Shown here piece by piece: positions 11,855 through 24,000 of a DNA stretch of 64,000 nucleotides. Under the pieces are notes generated by a model. That model worked only from the letters and a program-made list of their open reading frames with translations. It ran no database searches and had not been told where the DNA came from. Numbering within the stretch: position 1 is the stretch's first letter; every line of letters starts with the position of its first letter. The DNA comes from Eledone cirrhosa (lineage: Eukaryota), in contig OZ024743.1 of NCBI GenBank assembly GCA_964016885.1, forward strand, positions 297,104,001 through 297,168,000. The letters are read 5' to 3'. Made by a program: the position numbers and the translations under genes.

Positions 11855-13353
11855 AAGGAGAAGGAGAGAAGGGGAAGAAGACATAATGTATCAGAATTTT
11901 TATTGCCTTTGAGATGAACAGATATCTGCTAGATATGGCTGCAAGCCAAACATACAACTCAATATAATATAAAAATACATGCCTCATATTCTATCATTTA
12001 ATATTCTATATTTGGTTCAGAAAATGGCTGTGTGGTTAAAGAGTTTTCTTTGCAGTCATAAGGAGCTAGTGTCATTTTGGGTAAGTGTCATGTACCATAG
12101 TGTCAGGTCAACCAAAATATTATTGGTGAAATTGGGTGGATGGAAACTTTTTGGAAGCTTATCAGATAGACTGTACCTGTAATTCAAAGGGCCACCTTAG
12201 TCACACATTGTGTCATACTGAATTATCCTGAGAATTACATTAAAGGTACACATGTCAGTAGAATGCTTGGTCACTTTCATATTAATTTCACAAGCAGATT
12301 GATATTTAGATTGAACATCTGGAACACACATTGTCGAAAGGGACAGAGGTCGATTCCATTTGGCTCACTGTTTCGTCAACAAACAATTTTACTGAGGCCA
12401 TCTGTTTCCTCTAATACAAATTTCTTAATTAGCAGCTTGAGTAAATGAGAGAGAGGGCACAGGCGGTTGGCATGGACCTATGATTTTTTAAGGGCCCTAC
12501 ATGCTTCAAGTTTTAGTGTTTTTTATTGAGCTGTTGTGAAGGTGTGTAGGTTAGTGGTTAGGGAATTGAATCACAATTATGAAATTGCAAGTTAGATTCT
12601 TGGATGGGGTGATGCATTATGTCATTGAGCAAGACACTTTATTTCATTTTGCACCTCTTGCTAGGGGTTGTGATCAGTAGATAGTATCAGCAATGGAAAG
12701 ACCAATGGAAACACTGTTTCCTTGGTGCAATTTAACGAGGTCCACCCCACTCAGCAAGCAAATGAGGTCTGGGATCTACTCGATTGATTCTGTTCTGTTA
12801 CATGTTACATTATAGACATTAAATATTCATGTACATAACTGTAACCCATAAATAAATCATATGTACTTAGCACTGATTACTAAAATACTCAAAGAGCTTT
12901 TTGAATTAGGGCTTGCATTTCACATCTGGCTTGGGTTTATCATCATCATTGTAGGCCTACATTTTACATTTAGCCTGGGCCTATTACCAGCTTCAGGGGC
13001 CTACATTTTATACCTATCCTTAGCTTTTGACCAGCTCTGCATGAATCTGAATGGTAACCCTTGACAATGTTTTCTTCGCTGACATTATTTTCTGAAGACC
13101 TACAAGCTTAACATCAACCATATAACTCAAACCAACAGAGGAGCCAGCATGTAGTTACTTGAACTGCGAGAAATAGCCGCAAAATATTCTTCAAACCACA
13201 ACTTCCTGTTTTAGAAAAGAACACAGATAGTTTGGTCATGATTTTCTTGCACATAAATCAAAGGCAGGGAGGTTATGGCTGGAATTCTTTTGATCACAGG
13301 GCTTTTTACCATTTAGTCCAAGAGGTAAGAGCAGTAGCAGTGTCTATGTTTAT

Positions 13354-13573
13354 TTAACCTTTTTGTGAGAATATTTCTAATGAAATGCATTGTTTGTGTA
13401 TTTAATTAAATTTTAAATACAATGAAGCCTTCTGTGGAGTTTAGTAAAATAATGAATTGTTTCATCCTAAGATGATGTTTAGAATATAGCTTAGCAAAAG
13501 TTTTAAATTAAATATGAACACTCCAAAAGGAGAAATTTTGTGTCATAAAATGAAAACAATTTCAGGCGGGTTA
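13354..13573. mobile_element. TTAA-flanked MITE-like repeat; inverted relative at 14091-14329
   Basis: TTAACC...GGTTAA ends; ends are homologous between copies; related sequence at about 49836-50085. Confidence 0.55.
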
Positions 13574-14754
13574 ATTGATTATATTGTACCTGTGTTAGAA
13601 GTAAACATTAAATATTGTGTTTAATCTCTCACAGAGTTCATATCCCTTTAAGATCAACTTTGCATTACATCTTTCCAAAATGTTGATAAAATAAGTCTCA
13701 TTTAAAATTCATGGCCTTGTGCAATTAAAAATTCTTATTCCTAATCTATATCACTTGGATATTTAATGTCCTAGTCTAGCCCAACAATTTCCCCAGTTAT
13801 GTGCCCCATTTTCCCAAATAAAATAACTTTAACTTAGAATTTGGTAACCTGGCAAACCTAAGTTTTGTCACTCCTTATTTTGATCATACTAAGAAAATAC
13901 TAAGCCTACATTTTTTGCTACACAGTCCACACTCACCCATGCAAAATCATGTTACAGGTCATTGCTTTGGATATTTCCACACTAGACATATGATGGGGAT
14001 AATATAATGTACTAGTAAATTAGAATGTTGATTTAATTGACTATATTCTTCCTACAAAATTTTCAGCTTTGTTTCAGTGTTAAAACCAATATTAACCGAA
14101 TTTGGTTTTATGATACAAATCAGTTTATTTAAAAAAGTTTATATTCATTAAAAAACCTTCCATCATAACTTTATGTAAGGACCTTTGTTAAGATATGTTT
14201 AATACAAAAGCTTAATAATGAAAAAAGATACATATATAACTAAATCCCTCAAAATTCTTGATTATTTTCAAAATTATTTCAAAATCACAGGCATTGTCTT
14301 TCATTAAAAATATAGTAATGAAAGGGTTAAATCCCTACAAATTCCTGAGGATTTCAGAGGATTCCTAAATAAATGGGTTAAATGTTATTATTTCTAATCT
14401 CTCATTGAGTTCAAATCCCACTGAGGTCACCTTTACGTAACATCCTCCCATTGGTTGATAATTAGTGGCCTTGCGTCTATGTTAAAAATCCTTATTCTTA
14501 ATCAATAAGCAAGAACTATATACATTTCATAAAACACAAACAGTTGACTACTACACCAGATGTATCAGTCAATACTAAGTACACCCACATACCAATCTAT
14601 AAAGTGCTAACCATTAATCTATAAATAGCTGACTACAGACTAAATGTGATTACCATACTAAATATACCAACCAACCAAGACATGTATTTTAACCAGATAC
14701 CTATAAATAGTGAATATATATGTATGTATATATCTATATATATATCCATATATG

Positions 14755-14900
14755 ATTGATGGCTGAGGGAAAAGAGTACTCAATACCGAAGTAGAGTTTA
14801 AAATATTTATTTATTAAGGCTAATTAGTGAGTCCTGTTACTCTGGAGTTTCGCCTATTCATCACAGGGTCATCAGATAAGAACTAACGTTTCAATAGCAG
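14755..14900 (-). mobile_element. Hammerhead-bearing terminal fragment, family E (hammerhead 14830-14884)
   Basis: Minus strand AGTTCTTAT CTGATGA CCCTG..TAGGC GAAACTC CA GAGTA ACAGGACT; same tail at 44306-44460. Confidence 0.7.
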
Positions 14901-16234
14901 ACATAAAGGAAAACTCAAGGTAAGGGTGGTGATTTAATGGACAGTACACCAGATAACCCACTACCCCACGGATTACCTACCAGATAACAATGAATACCAG
15001 ATTGAGTAAATGCCAGAAGACACCCACACACCCACCTCTTCCTGTCCAGACTCTATATCTCCGCAACCACTGCCACCCCCTAAGCCTCACTAACTGTGGG
15101 TAACCCAGCATCAAAAACAATGTTTCATATATTTCACTACTCTTATGTTTATGTCATATGCCATATTATACTCCATAATTCCATGACCTCCACCATTCTT
15201 ATATTTATCTAAGCCTTATATTTTATTTTACTTCATATTAGGTTTATAGTATTATTATAATTTTTCAACTTTTAATTTTTCAACTTTTAATTTTTAATTT
15301 TTTAATTTTAATAATTTTTTAATTCTTTTAAATTTGAAATTTTAATTTTAATATCTTTTCTTCCATTTTGTCATTCTTATGTTATCTTTCCAGCTTTTCA
15401 ACTTTTATTTTTTCGATTTATCATTTCCCCTTCTCCATTTTTCAATTTTTTAGCTTCTTCATTTTTTTCCCTTACTTGCTTTATTCCTCATACCTTATAT
15501 CATATATGTGCCTAACACCCACACTACCCCACCACCACCAATGCCATCACCATGTATAATTCCATAAAATTGATATTTCCATAATCTTCATTATAGTTAA
15601 TTCCTTTATATCTCCATAAGTTATATTCATATATCCTATATATTTCACATATTTACTTAACACCAATACCACTCAGGCACAACTCACAGCTTCTATCATC
15701 ACCATTATCCTACATTCACCAACCCTTAATTATCACAGCTCTACACTTCATATTCTATAATTCTATATGACCATAATTTTCATCATACTTAATTCTTTAA
15801 TTGTAAACTACATCATTAGGAAGGGCATCCAGCTGTAGAAACCAAGGCAAAATCAGTTCTGTATGAGCAAGACATGGTCACCTGACCTAGCATTGCTCAC
15901 AATAGGACAATTCATCTGACCCATGCTAGCATGGAAAAATGGATGTAAAACTGTGATGATGATGATGATGATGATCACTTTATATTCTTTACTCATTCTC
16001 ACCACGCCAACACCACTGCCCTCACCACCATCCCCCATCCCCCTACCACAGACCCCACACATCTTCACGTCCATCGTATATAGCATGCATTCATTGGAAC
16101 CTGTATATTCATATTCATATCTGTATGTATATATGCATGGCTGTGTGTCGGCATGTATTTATTTATATATATGTACGTATATTTATGTATATGTATGTAT
16201 GCATATTTGTATGTGTATATGGGCATCCATATGT

Positions 16235-17478
16235 ATCATCATCATCATCATCACCGTTTTACGTCCATTCTTCCACGCTAGCATGGGTTAGACGGGTTGT
16301 CCTGTTGTGGGCAGTGTCTGGTCGGCTGACCATGCCTTGCTCATACAGGAACTGATCTGGCTTGATTTCTACAGCTGGATGCCCTTCCTAACACCAACCT
16401 CATTTACAGTGAGTGCTGGGTGCTTTTTCGTGGCGCCTACACATCCACTTTACAGTGTGGGCTGGGTGCTTTTTTGCCATGGCACCTCCACGACCACCTT
16501 GCGGTGGGGGGAGTGGGGGCATATTGTTTATATGCTTCAGCATGTACCCATGGGAGGTCGGGTACCCTGTATTACTGCGTGACGCCAGAAGTCACGGTCG
16601 TGTGTCATTGACTTTGAGAGGTGTAGTTGGGTAAGGTCGGCTTTTATCACCTCATCCCAAGTCATCTTGGGTCTCCCCACTCTGCGGTTTCCATCAACTT
16701 CTAGTGCTCTGCACCTTTTTATGCAGCTGTCATCCTTCATACGCATCACATGTCCATACCAGCGTAACCGCCTCTCCTGCACGCAGCATTTGATTCCTCT
16801 TATGCTCAGTCTCTCTCTCAATTCCTTTATGCTTTGTCGTTCACATATATTACTGTTACACATCCATCGGAGCATGCAGGCTTCGTTTCTCTCTAATCTA
16901 CGTAAGTCTTCCACCTTCAGCGCCCAGGTCTCACTACCATGCAACATCGCTGTTCGGATACACGCATCATACAGTCTGCCTTTCATTCTGAGGGAGAAGC
17001 CTTTTGCAGCTAGCAGTGGTAGTAGTTCCCTAAACTTCTTCCATCCCGTTCTTACCCTAGTTATTGTACTTTCTGAGCACCCACCTCCGTTGCTAATTCG
17101 GTCACCTAGGTAGCAGAAGCTGTCTACTGTTTCTACAGGGCCCTCCCAGAGATTGGTGGTACTTGTTTCCTGTGGCTGTTTGCTTGCTGTTTCAGCACAG
17201 CTGCTGCATGTGAATCCTACATTCTTAATTAAGCTTCCTGAGATCCCGCTACATCTCTTGTGTACCCATTGTTTGCATTTGGGGCAGAGAAAGGAGTTCC
17301 TACCTACACCTTTCCTACATACTGAGCAAGGCCATTTCCCTGAGGGGATCTGGGTTCTGTTTTCTCGTCTACTTACAAGGACCTTAGTCTTTGTCATGTT
17401 GACTTTGAGGCCCTTTCTCTCTAGTCCCTGCTTCCAGGTTTGGAATTTATTCTCTAGTTCTACCATAGATTCAGCTAT
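16235..17478 (-). mobile_element. 5'-truncated RTE-clade LINE with uninterrupted C-terminal ORF, 3' UTR and (GAT)n tail
   Basis: ORF 16537-17466 with [41 protein letters not shown]. Confidence 0.95.
16537..17466 (-). pseudogene. RTE reverse transcriptase C-terminal region (309 aa) including a C4HC3 PHD-like finger
   Basis: ORF track translation; the RT catalytic core is missing. Confidence 0.9.
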
Positions 17479-17601
17479 GAATATGATTCAGCTATGTATA
17501 TATGTATGTTTGTATATGAGTATGTGTGTGTGTGTGTATATATATAGGTGTGTGTATGTGTATATGTATATATATACACACACATATATATATATATATA
17601 T

Positions 17602-17675
17602 ATTTAATATAGAAATGGCTTCTACAGGACAAGAACTGTTTTATTCCAAGAAAATCATCAGGAAAGCCAACTGTC
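17602..17675 (-). ncRNA. Family A hammerhead variant (17616-17669) with GAAA mutated to AAAA
   Basis: Minus strand TGGCTTTC CTGATGA TTTTCTTGGAAT AAAACAG TTCTTGTC CTGTA GAAGCCA. Confidence 0.7.
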
Positions 17676-18039
17676 AATGTGATATTGTGGTATTTATATA
17701 TTTTATGGTGGTGGGGGAAGGTGGTGATTGGGTTGGGTGGAGGTAATTGACAGATGGATTTAAAGAATGGGGATTTTTTGAAAAAACTATACATAGAGAA
17801 AAATACATAGTGATACAGAATGATACAAATACAGGCACTCCTAATTGTCAAGGTTCATTTATTCTAATCAAACAAAGGGTTTTCATTAAGTGGCTGTATT
17901 AACATGGTGTGTTAAAATCAGCAAAATGATCAGGTGTTTACACCCCCCCCCCATATATATATATACATGGATCTGTTATTTTTATCTAAAGACATTTTTT
18001 CCTATTCCAACCTGCCCATCCCTTCAATCTATCTTATTT

Positions 18040-18174
18040 CTCATTCTTTCTTCTGATGAAGGCTTAGTGTCCAAAACGTTAAGACCTTCTTCCTGCTATA
18101 TCAAGCGTTAACCTAATATATCCCTTTCATATACTGTACCGATTGTGTTGTTATTTCTGTTTACCTTTTACATA
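18040..18174 (+). mobile_element. Family G terminal fragment with a decayed minimal hammerhead
   Basis: TCTT CTGATGA AGGCTTAGTGTCC AAAACGTT AAGA; tail homologous to 32173-32305 and 62190-62318. Confidence 0.65.
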
Positions 18175-18179
18175 CATAC

Positions 18180-18239
<60 letters not shown>

Positions 18240-18345
18240 CCAGGGTTCAATCGAGAGTAACCACAGTAAGTAAGGTACTCAATACATAGCAGAGTATGAA
18301 AGTTTAATATAGAAATGGCTTCTACAGGACTAGAACTATTTCATT
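18240..18345 (-). mobile_element. Family A tail fragment
   Basis: Same tail as 36746-36860. Confidence 0.8.
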
Positions 18346-18349
18346 AATT

Positions 18350-19538
18350 GGCACCCAGAGAGGTAGATCTGGTGAGATAGTGGAGATGCTAGAGAGAAGA
18401 CATGTGGATGTGTGCTGCATGCAAGAGGTGAGATGGAGAGGTGCCTCAGCAAGACAAATAGCTTAGCAGCAGGCAAATAGCTTAGCTATAAGCTTCTCTG
18501 GGTAGGAAATGATGATGGGTTAGGTGAGGTAGGCATTTTACTGGTCTAGAAGTAAATCAACAAGACAATAGAGGTAGTTAGAATAAGTAATAGAATAATT
18601 AAGATTAGATTAGTTGTAGGCAATAGACTGCTGACAATTATCTCTACCTATGCTCCCCAAGCAGGCCTAGGTAAAGAAGAGAAGGACTGCTTTTACAAGT
18701 AACTTCTAGAGACAACCATAATGACAGAGGACAGAGACCTAGTTATACTAGCAGAGAAGTGGGTACACAAGAGGTGTATTGGGATAGCAGGCAAACTAAC
18801 AGGAAGGGAAAACTTCATATGCAGTAGAGGTTCAGAGAAATTTGAGAGTAGAAGTGACAGTGATAGGCACATTTTTCAAATGTAGGTAGGATCTATAGAG
18901 GTGGTTGATAGCTTCTGATACCTTGGTGATCAGATTAACAAGGGAGGAGGATGCTCTGAGGCTATAGTATCTAGAATAAGGACAGGATGGAAACAGTTTA
19001 AGAAGCTGCTTCCTTTGTTGACAATGAAGGGTTTCTTCCTACGAACGAAAGGTTGGTTATATGATGCTTGTGTGAGATGCCCGATGCTGCATGGCAGTGA
19101 GACATAGGCAGCAATTGCGGAGGTTATGCTGGAGAGAAATGAAGCAAGCATGCTCTGTTGGATGTGCAATGTCAATATGCATGAATGACCAAGTATAGAC
19201 GAGTTGAGAGTGAAACTGTATATAAGAGAGATAAACTGTAGTGTGCGGGAGAGAAGACAGCATTGGTATAGCCATGTGATGTGCATGAAAGATGACCACT
19301 GGGTGAAGAGGTACCAAGAAATCCCAGTGGCAGGGAGACACAGTAGAGGAAGACCATGAAAAACATGGGTGCAGGTGGTGAGAGCTGAACTCAGATTGCT
19401 GAAGCTCACAGAGGAGATGACAAAGGACCGTGATGAATGGAGTGATGCTGTGCTGAAAAGGACCTGTCCCACCTTTGCAAGCAAGAAAAACCGGATGTAA
19501 ACTGATGATTATGATGATGATGATGATGATGATGATGA
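18350..19538 (+). mobile_element. Internally deleted, decayed RTE LINE (APE N-terminus joined to post-RT region)
   Basis: GRSGEIVEMLERRHVDVCCMQEVRWRG...ISTYAPQ...DLVILA joins KWVHKRC at about 18754; LHGSET; (GAT)n tail. Confidence 0.9.
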
Positions 19539-20391
19539 TATAATTTTATTATAACTTTTATAATTTTTATAATTCCTATAATTGAAAAATATTTTAAAAT
19601 ATATTTCCTTGTACGTCTTTTATACTTTTATATGTATATGTGTGTTTGTGTGTATACATATATATTTATATACATATATATAAGCACCTGCATCTGTGTG
19701 TATAGTGTTTATCATCATCATCATCATCATCACCATTTAATGTTAATTTTTCGATGCTAGCAATGTATATACGTTTATGTGTATGTATATTTATGTATTC
19801 GTGTGTATATGTGTAATTGTATACATATGTATTCCATCCAGCCAATCGCACCACCCTTTCACTAACCTCCCCTATATACCCACCTTCACATTCATCATCT
19901 GCCTCCCACTGATGGTTATGTCCATTATTACCTGTTATCATCTTCGTTTTTACATATGGCTAAGTCTTTAGTATCTTTAGTATATGAATTCAAAATAGGA
20001 GGAAGCAAAGGACAGAGACAGAAAGACAACCAGACTCCTCTCCTCAGTCAACTTCTGGAAATCATTATGATTTCAGTGTATTAAAGTTGTTATCATTCAT
20101 TCCAGAGAATACTGGAATGCTACAAAACAGGTAGAGTCAGAGACAGTACGAATTATGCCTTTTGGTGAATGACACAAATATAGATGAATAAGTATCACAA
20201 GTGTGTCACCTGACATAAAAGAGAGAGAACAGTGCACGAGGGCTTAGCCAAAGGAGAATAAAATATAGAAAGAAGAGAAATAGAAAAACAGATGTGAATA
20301 TGGACTGCAGTCCAACATGCAGGCAAGGAAGAATGACACTGAGGCATAGAGAAGATAAGAAAGGAAAATAGAGGTGTGTGTGTGTGTGTGT

Positions 20392-20455
<64 letters not shown>

Positions 20456-20459
20456 CATT

Positions 20460-20802
20460 GCTTTCTAGTAGTCATCTTGTCCAGATGACTATTAAGCATC
20501 AGGAAAATTCAAGAACCAATCAACTGAACTTCTCCAAATTAGAGATCGCAGCTCTGATGCTACGGACATGTGGTTAGAATGTCCCAGGAAAGAATCAATG
20601 GACAGATTTTATAGGCAAAACCAACTGGCAGGAGACCCAGGGATAGACTCCAAGCAAGATGGTTGGATAACATCCATGAGATTGGCTGGTCTTGCTTGGG
20701 GATCCAGTAGGATCAATTGGACACAGTTGCTTCTGATAGGACCTGCTTAAAGGACTCTGCTCCCAAAACCCTCATAGGAATAAGTGAGTAAAGAAGAAGA
20801 AG
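20460..20802 (+). mobile_element. RTE-like LINE 3' fragment
   Basis: Homologous to 3880-4216; (GAA)n tail. Confidence 0.7.
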
Positions 20803-21005
20803 AGTCTTATTGACTCCCACCAATCATTGTTATCATCATCACCATTACCACCAGCAATATCATCATCAAGATCAACAATAGAAACGACCACAACAATAAC
20901 AACAACAGCAGTCACAGCTACAACAGAAGTAGAGCAGCATTAGATAGTCAGCCAATATGTTATCCTCTCATAAACTTTAGATGAAAAAGAAAGAGAAAAT
21001 ATAAA

Positions 21006-24000
21006 TCTCAGCTGTGGTAGGGAGCAGCAGACTCTACACCCCAGTCTAGGTGGTGTATCACAGCTGTGTTAGGGAGCAGCAGACTCTACACTCCAGTCTA
21101 GGTGGTGTATCACAGCTGTGTTAGGGAGCAGCAGACTCTACACTCCAGTCTAGGTGGTGTATCACAGCTGTGTTAGGGAGCAGCAGACTCTACACCCCAG
21201 TCTAGGTGGTGTATCACAGCTGTGTTAGGGAGCAGCAGACTCTACACCCCAGTCTAGGTGGTGTATCTCAGCTGTGTTAGGGAGCAGCAGACTCTACACT
21301 CCAGTCTAGGTGGTATATCTCAGCTGTGTTAGGGAGCAGCAGACTCTACACTCCAGTCTAGGTGGTATATCACAGCTGTGGTAGGGAGCAGCAGACTCTA
21401 CACTCCACTCTAGGTGGTGTATCACAGCTGTGTTAGGGAGCAGCAGACTCTACACTCCAGTCTAGGTGGTGTATCACAGCTGTGTTAGGGAGCAGCAGAC
21501 TCTACACTCCAGTCTAGGTGGTGTATCACAGCTGTGTTAGGGAGCAGCAGACTCTACACCCCAGTCTAGGTGGTGTATCACAGCTGTGGTAGGGAGCAGC
21601 AGACTCTACACTCCAGTCTAGGTGGTGTATCACAGCTGTGTTAGGGAGCAGCAGACTCTACACTCCAGTCTAGGTGGTGTATCACAGCTGTGTTAGGGAG
21701 CAGCAGACTCTACACTCCAGTCTAGGTGGTATATCACAGCTGTGTTAGGGAGCAGCAGACTCTACACCCCAATCTAGGTGGTGTATCACAGCTGTGTTAG
21801 GGAGCAGCAGACTCTACACTCCAGTCTAGGTGGTGTATCACAGCTGTGTTAGGGAGCAGCAGACTCTACACTCCAGTCTAGGTGGTGTATCACAGCTGTG
21901 TTAGGGAGCAGCAGACTCTACACTCCAGTCTAGGTGGTGTATCACAGCTGTGGTAGGGAGCAGCAGACTCTACACTCCAGTCTAGGTGGTGTATCTCAGC
22001 TGTGTTAGGGAGCAGCAGACTCTACACTCCAGTCTAGGTGGTGTATCTCAGCTGTGTTAGGGAGCAGCAGACTCTACACTCCAGTCTAGGTGGTGTATCA
22101 CAGCTGTGGTAGGGAGCAGCAGACTCTACACTCCAGTCTAGGTGGTGTATCACAGCTGTGTTAGGGAGCAGCAGACTCTACACTCCAGTCTAGGTGGTGT
22201 ATCACAGCTGTGTTAGGGAGCAGCAGACTCTACACTCCAGTCTAGGTGGTGTATCACAGCTGTGTTAGGGAGCAGCAGACTCTACACTCCAGTCTAGGTG
22301 GTGTATCACAGCTGTGTTAGGGAGCAGCAGACTCTACACTCCAGTCTAGGTGGTGTATCACAGCTGTGGTAGGGAGCAGCAGACTCTACACTCCAGTCTA
22401 GGTGGTGTATCACAGCTGTGTTAGGGAGCAGCAGACTCTACACTCCAGTCTAGGTGGTGTATCACAGCTGTGTTAGGGAGCAGCAGACTCTACACTCCAG
22501 TCTAGGTGGTGTATCACAGCTGTGTTAGGGAGCAGCAGACTCTACACTCCAGTCTAGGTGGTGTATCACAGCTGTGTTAGGGAGCAGCAGACTCTACACT
22601 CCAGTCTAGGTGGTGTATCACAGCTGTGTTAGGGAGCAGCAGACTCTACACTCCAGTCTAGGTGGTGTATCACAGCTGTGTTAGGGAGCAGCAGACTCTA
22701 CACTCCAGTCTAGGTGGTGTATCACAGCTGTGTTAGGGAGCAGCAGACTCTACACTCCAGTCTGGGTGGTGTATCACAGCTGTGTTAGGGAGCAGCAGAC
22801 TCTACACTCCAGTCTAGGTGGTGTATCACAGCTGTGTTAGGGAGCAGCAGACTCTACACTCCAGTCTAGGTGGTGTATCACAGCTGTGTTAGGGAGCAGC
22901 AGACTCTACACTCCAGTCTAGGTGGTGTATCACAGCTGTGTTAGGGAGCAGCAGACTCTACACTCCAGTCTAGGTGGTGTATCACAGCTGTGGTAGAGAG
23001 CAGCAGACTCTACACTCCAGTCTAGGTGGTGTATCACAGCTGTGTTAGGGAGCAGCAGACTCTACACTCCAGTCTAGGTGGTGTATCACAGCTGTGTTAG
23101 GGAGCAGCAGACTCTACACTCCAGTCTAGGTGGTGTATCACAGCTGTGTTAGGGAGCAGCAGACTCTACACTCCAGTCTAGGTGGTGTATCACAGCTGTG
23201 TTAGGGAGCAGCAGACTCTACACTCCAGTCTGGGTGGTGTATCACAGCTGTGTTAGGGAGCAGCAGACTCTACACTCCAGTCTAGGTGGTGTATCACAGC
23301 TGTGTTAGGGAGCAGCAGACTCTACACTCCAGTCTAGGTGGTGTATCACAGCTGTGTTAGGGAGCAGCAGACTCTACACCCCAGTCTAGGTGGTGTATCA
23401 CAGCTGTGGTAGGGAGGAGCAGACTCTACACTCCAGTCTAGGTGGTGTATCACAGCTGTGGTAGGGAGCAGCAGACTCTACACTCCAGTCTAGGTGGTAT
23501 ATCTCAGCTGTGTAAGGGAGTGGCAGACTCTACACTCCAGTCTAGGTGGTGTATCACAGCTGTGTTAGGGAGCAGCAGACTCTACACTCCAGTCTAGGTG
23601 GTGTATCACAGCTGTGTAAGGGAGCAGCAGACTCTACACTCCAGTCTAGGTGGTGTATCACAGCTGTGTTAGGGAGCAGCAGACTCTACACTCCAGTCTA
23701 GGTTGTGTATCTCAGCTGTGTTAGGGAGCAGCAGACTCTACACTCCAGTCTAGGTGGTGTATCTCAGCTGTGTTAGGGAGCAGCAGACTCTACACCCCAG
23801 TCTAGGTGGTGTATCACAGCTGTGTTAGGGAGCAGCAGACTCTACACTCCAGTCTAGGTGGTGTATCACAGCTGTGTTAGGGAGCAGCAGACTCTACACT
23901 CCAGTCTAGGTGGTGTATCTCAGCTGTGTTAGGGAGCAGCAGACTCTACACTCCAGTCTAGGTGGTGTATCACAGCTGTGTTAGGGAGCAGCAGACTCTA

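Noticed and set aside
16667-17746. Plus-strand ORFs of 148 and 197 aa
   Set aside because: Antisense shadows of the RTE ORF
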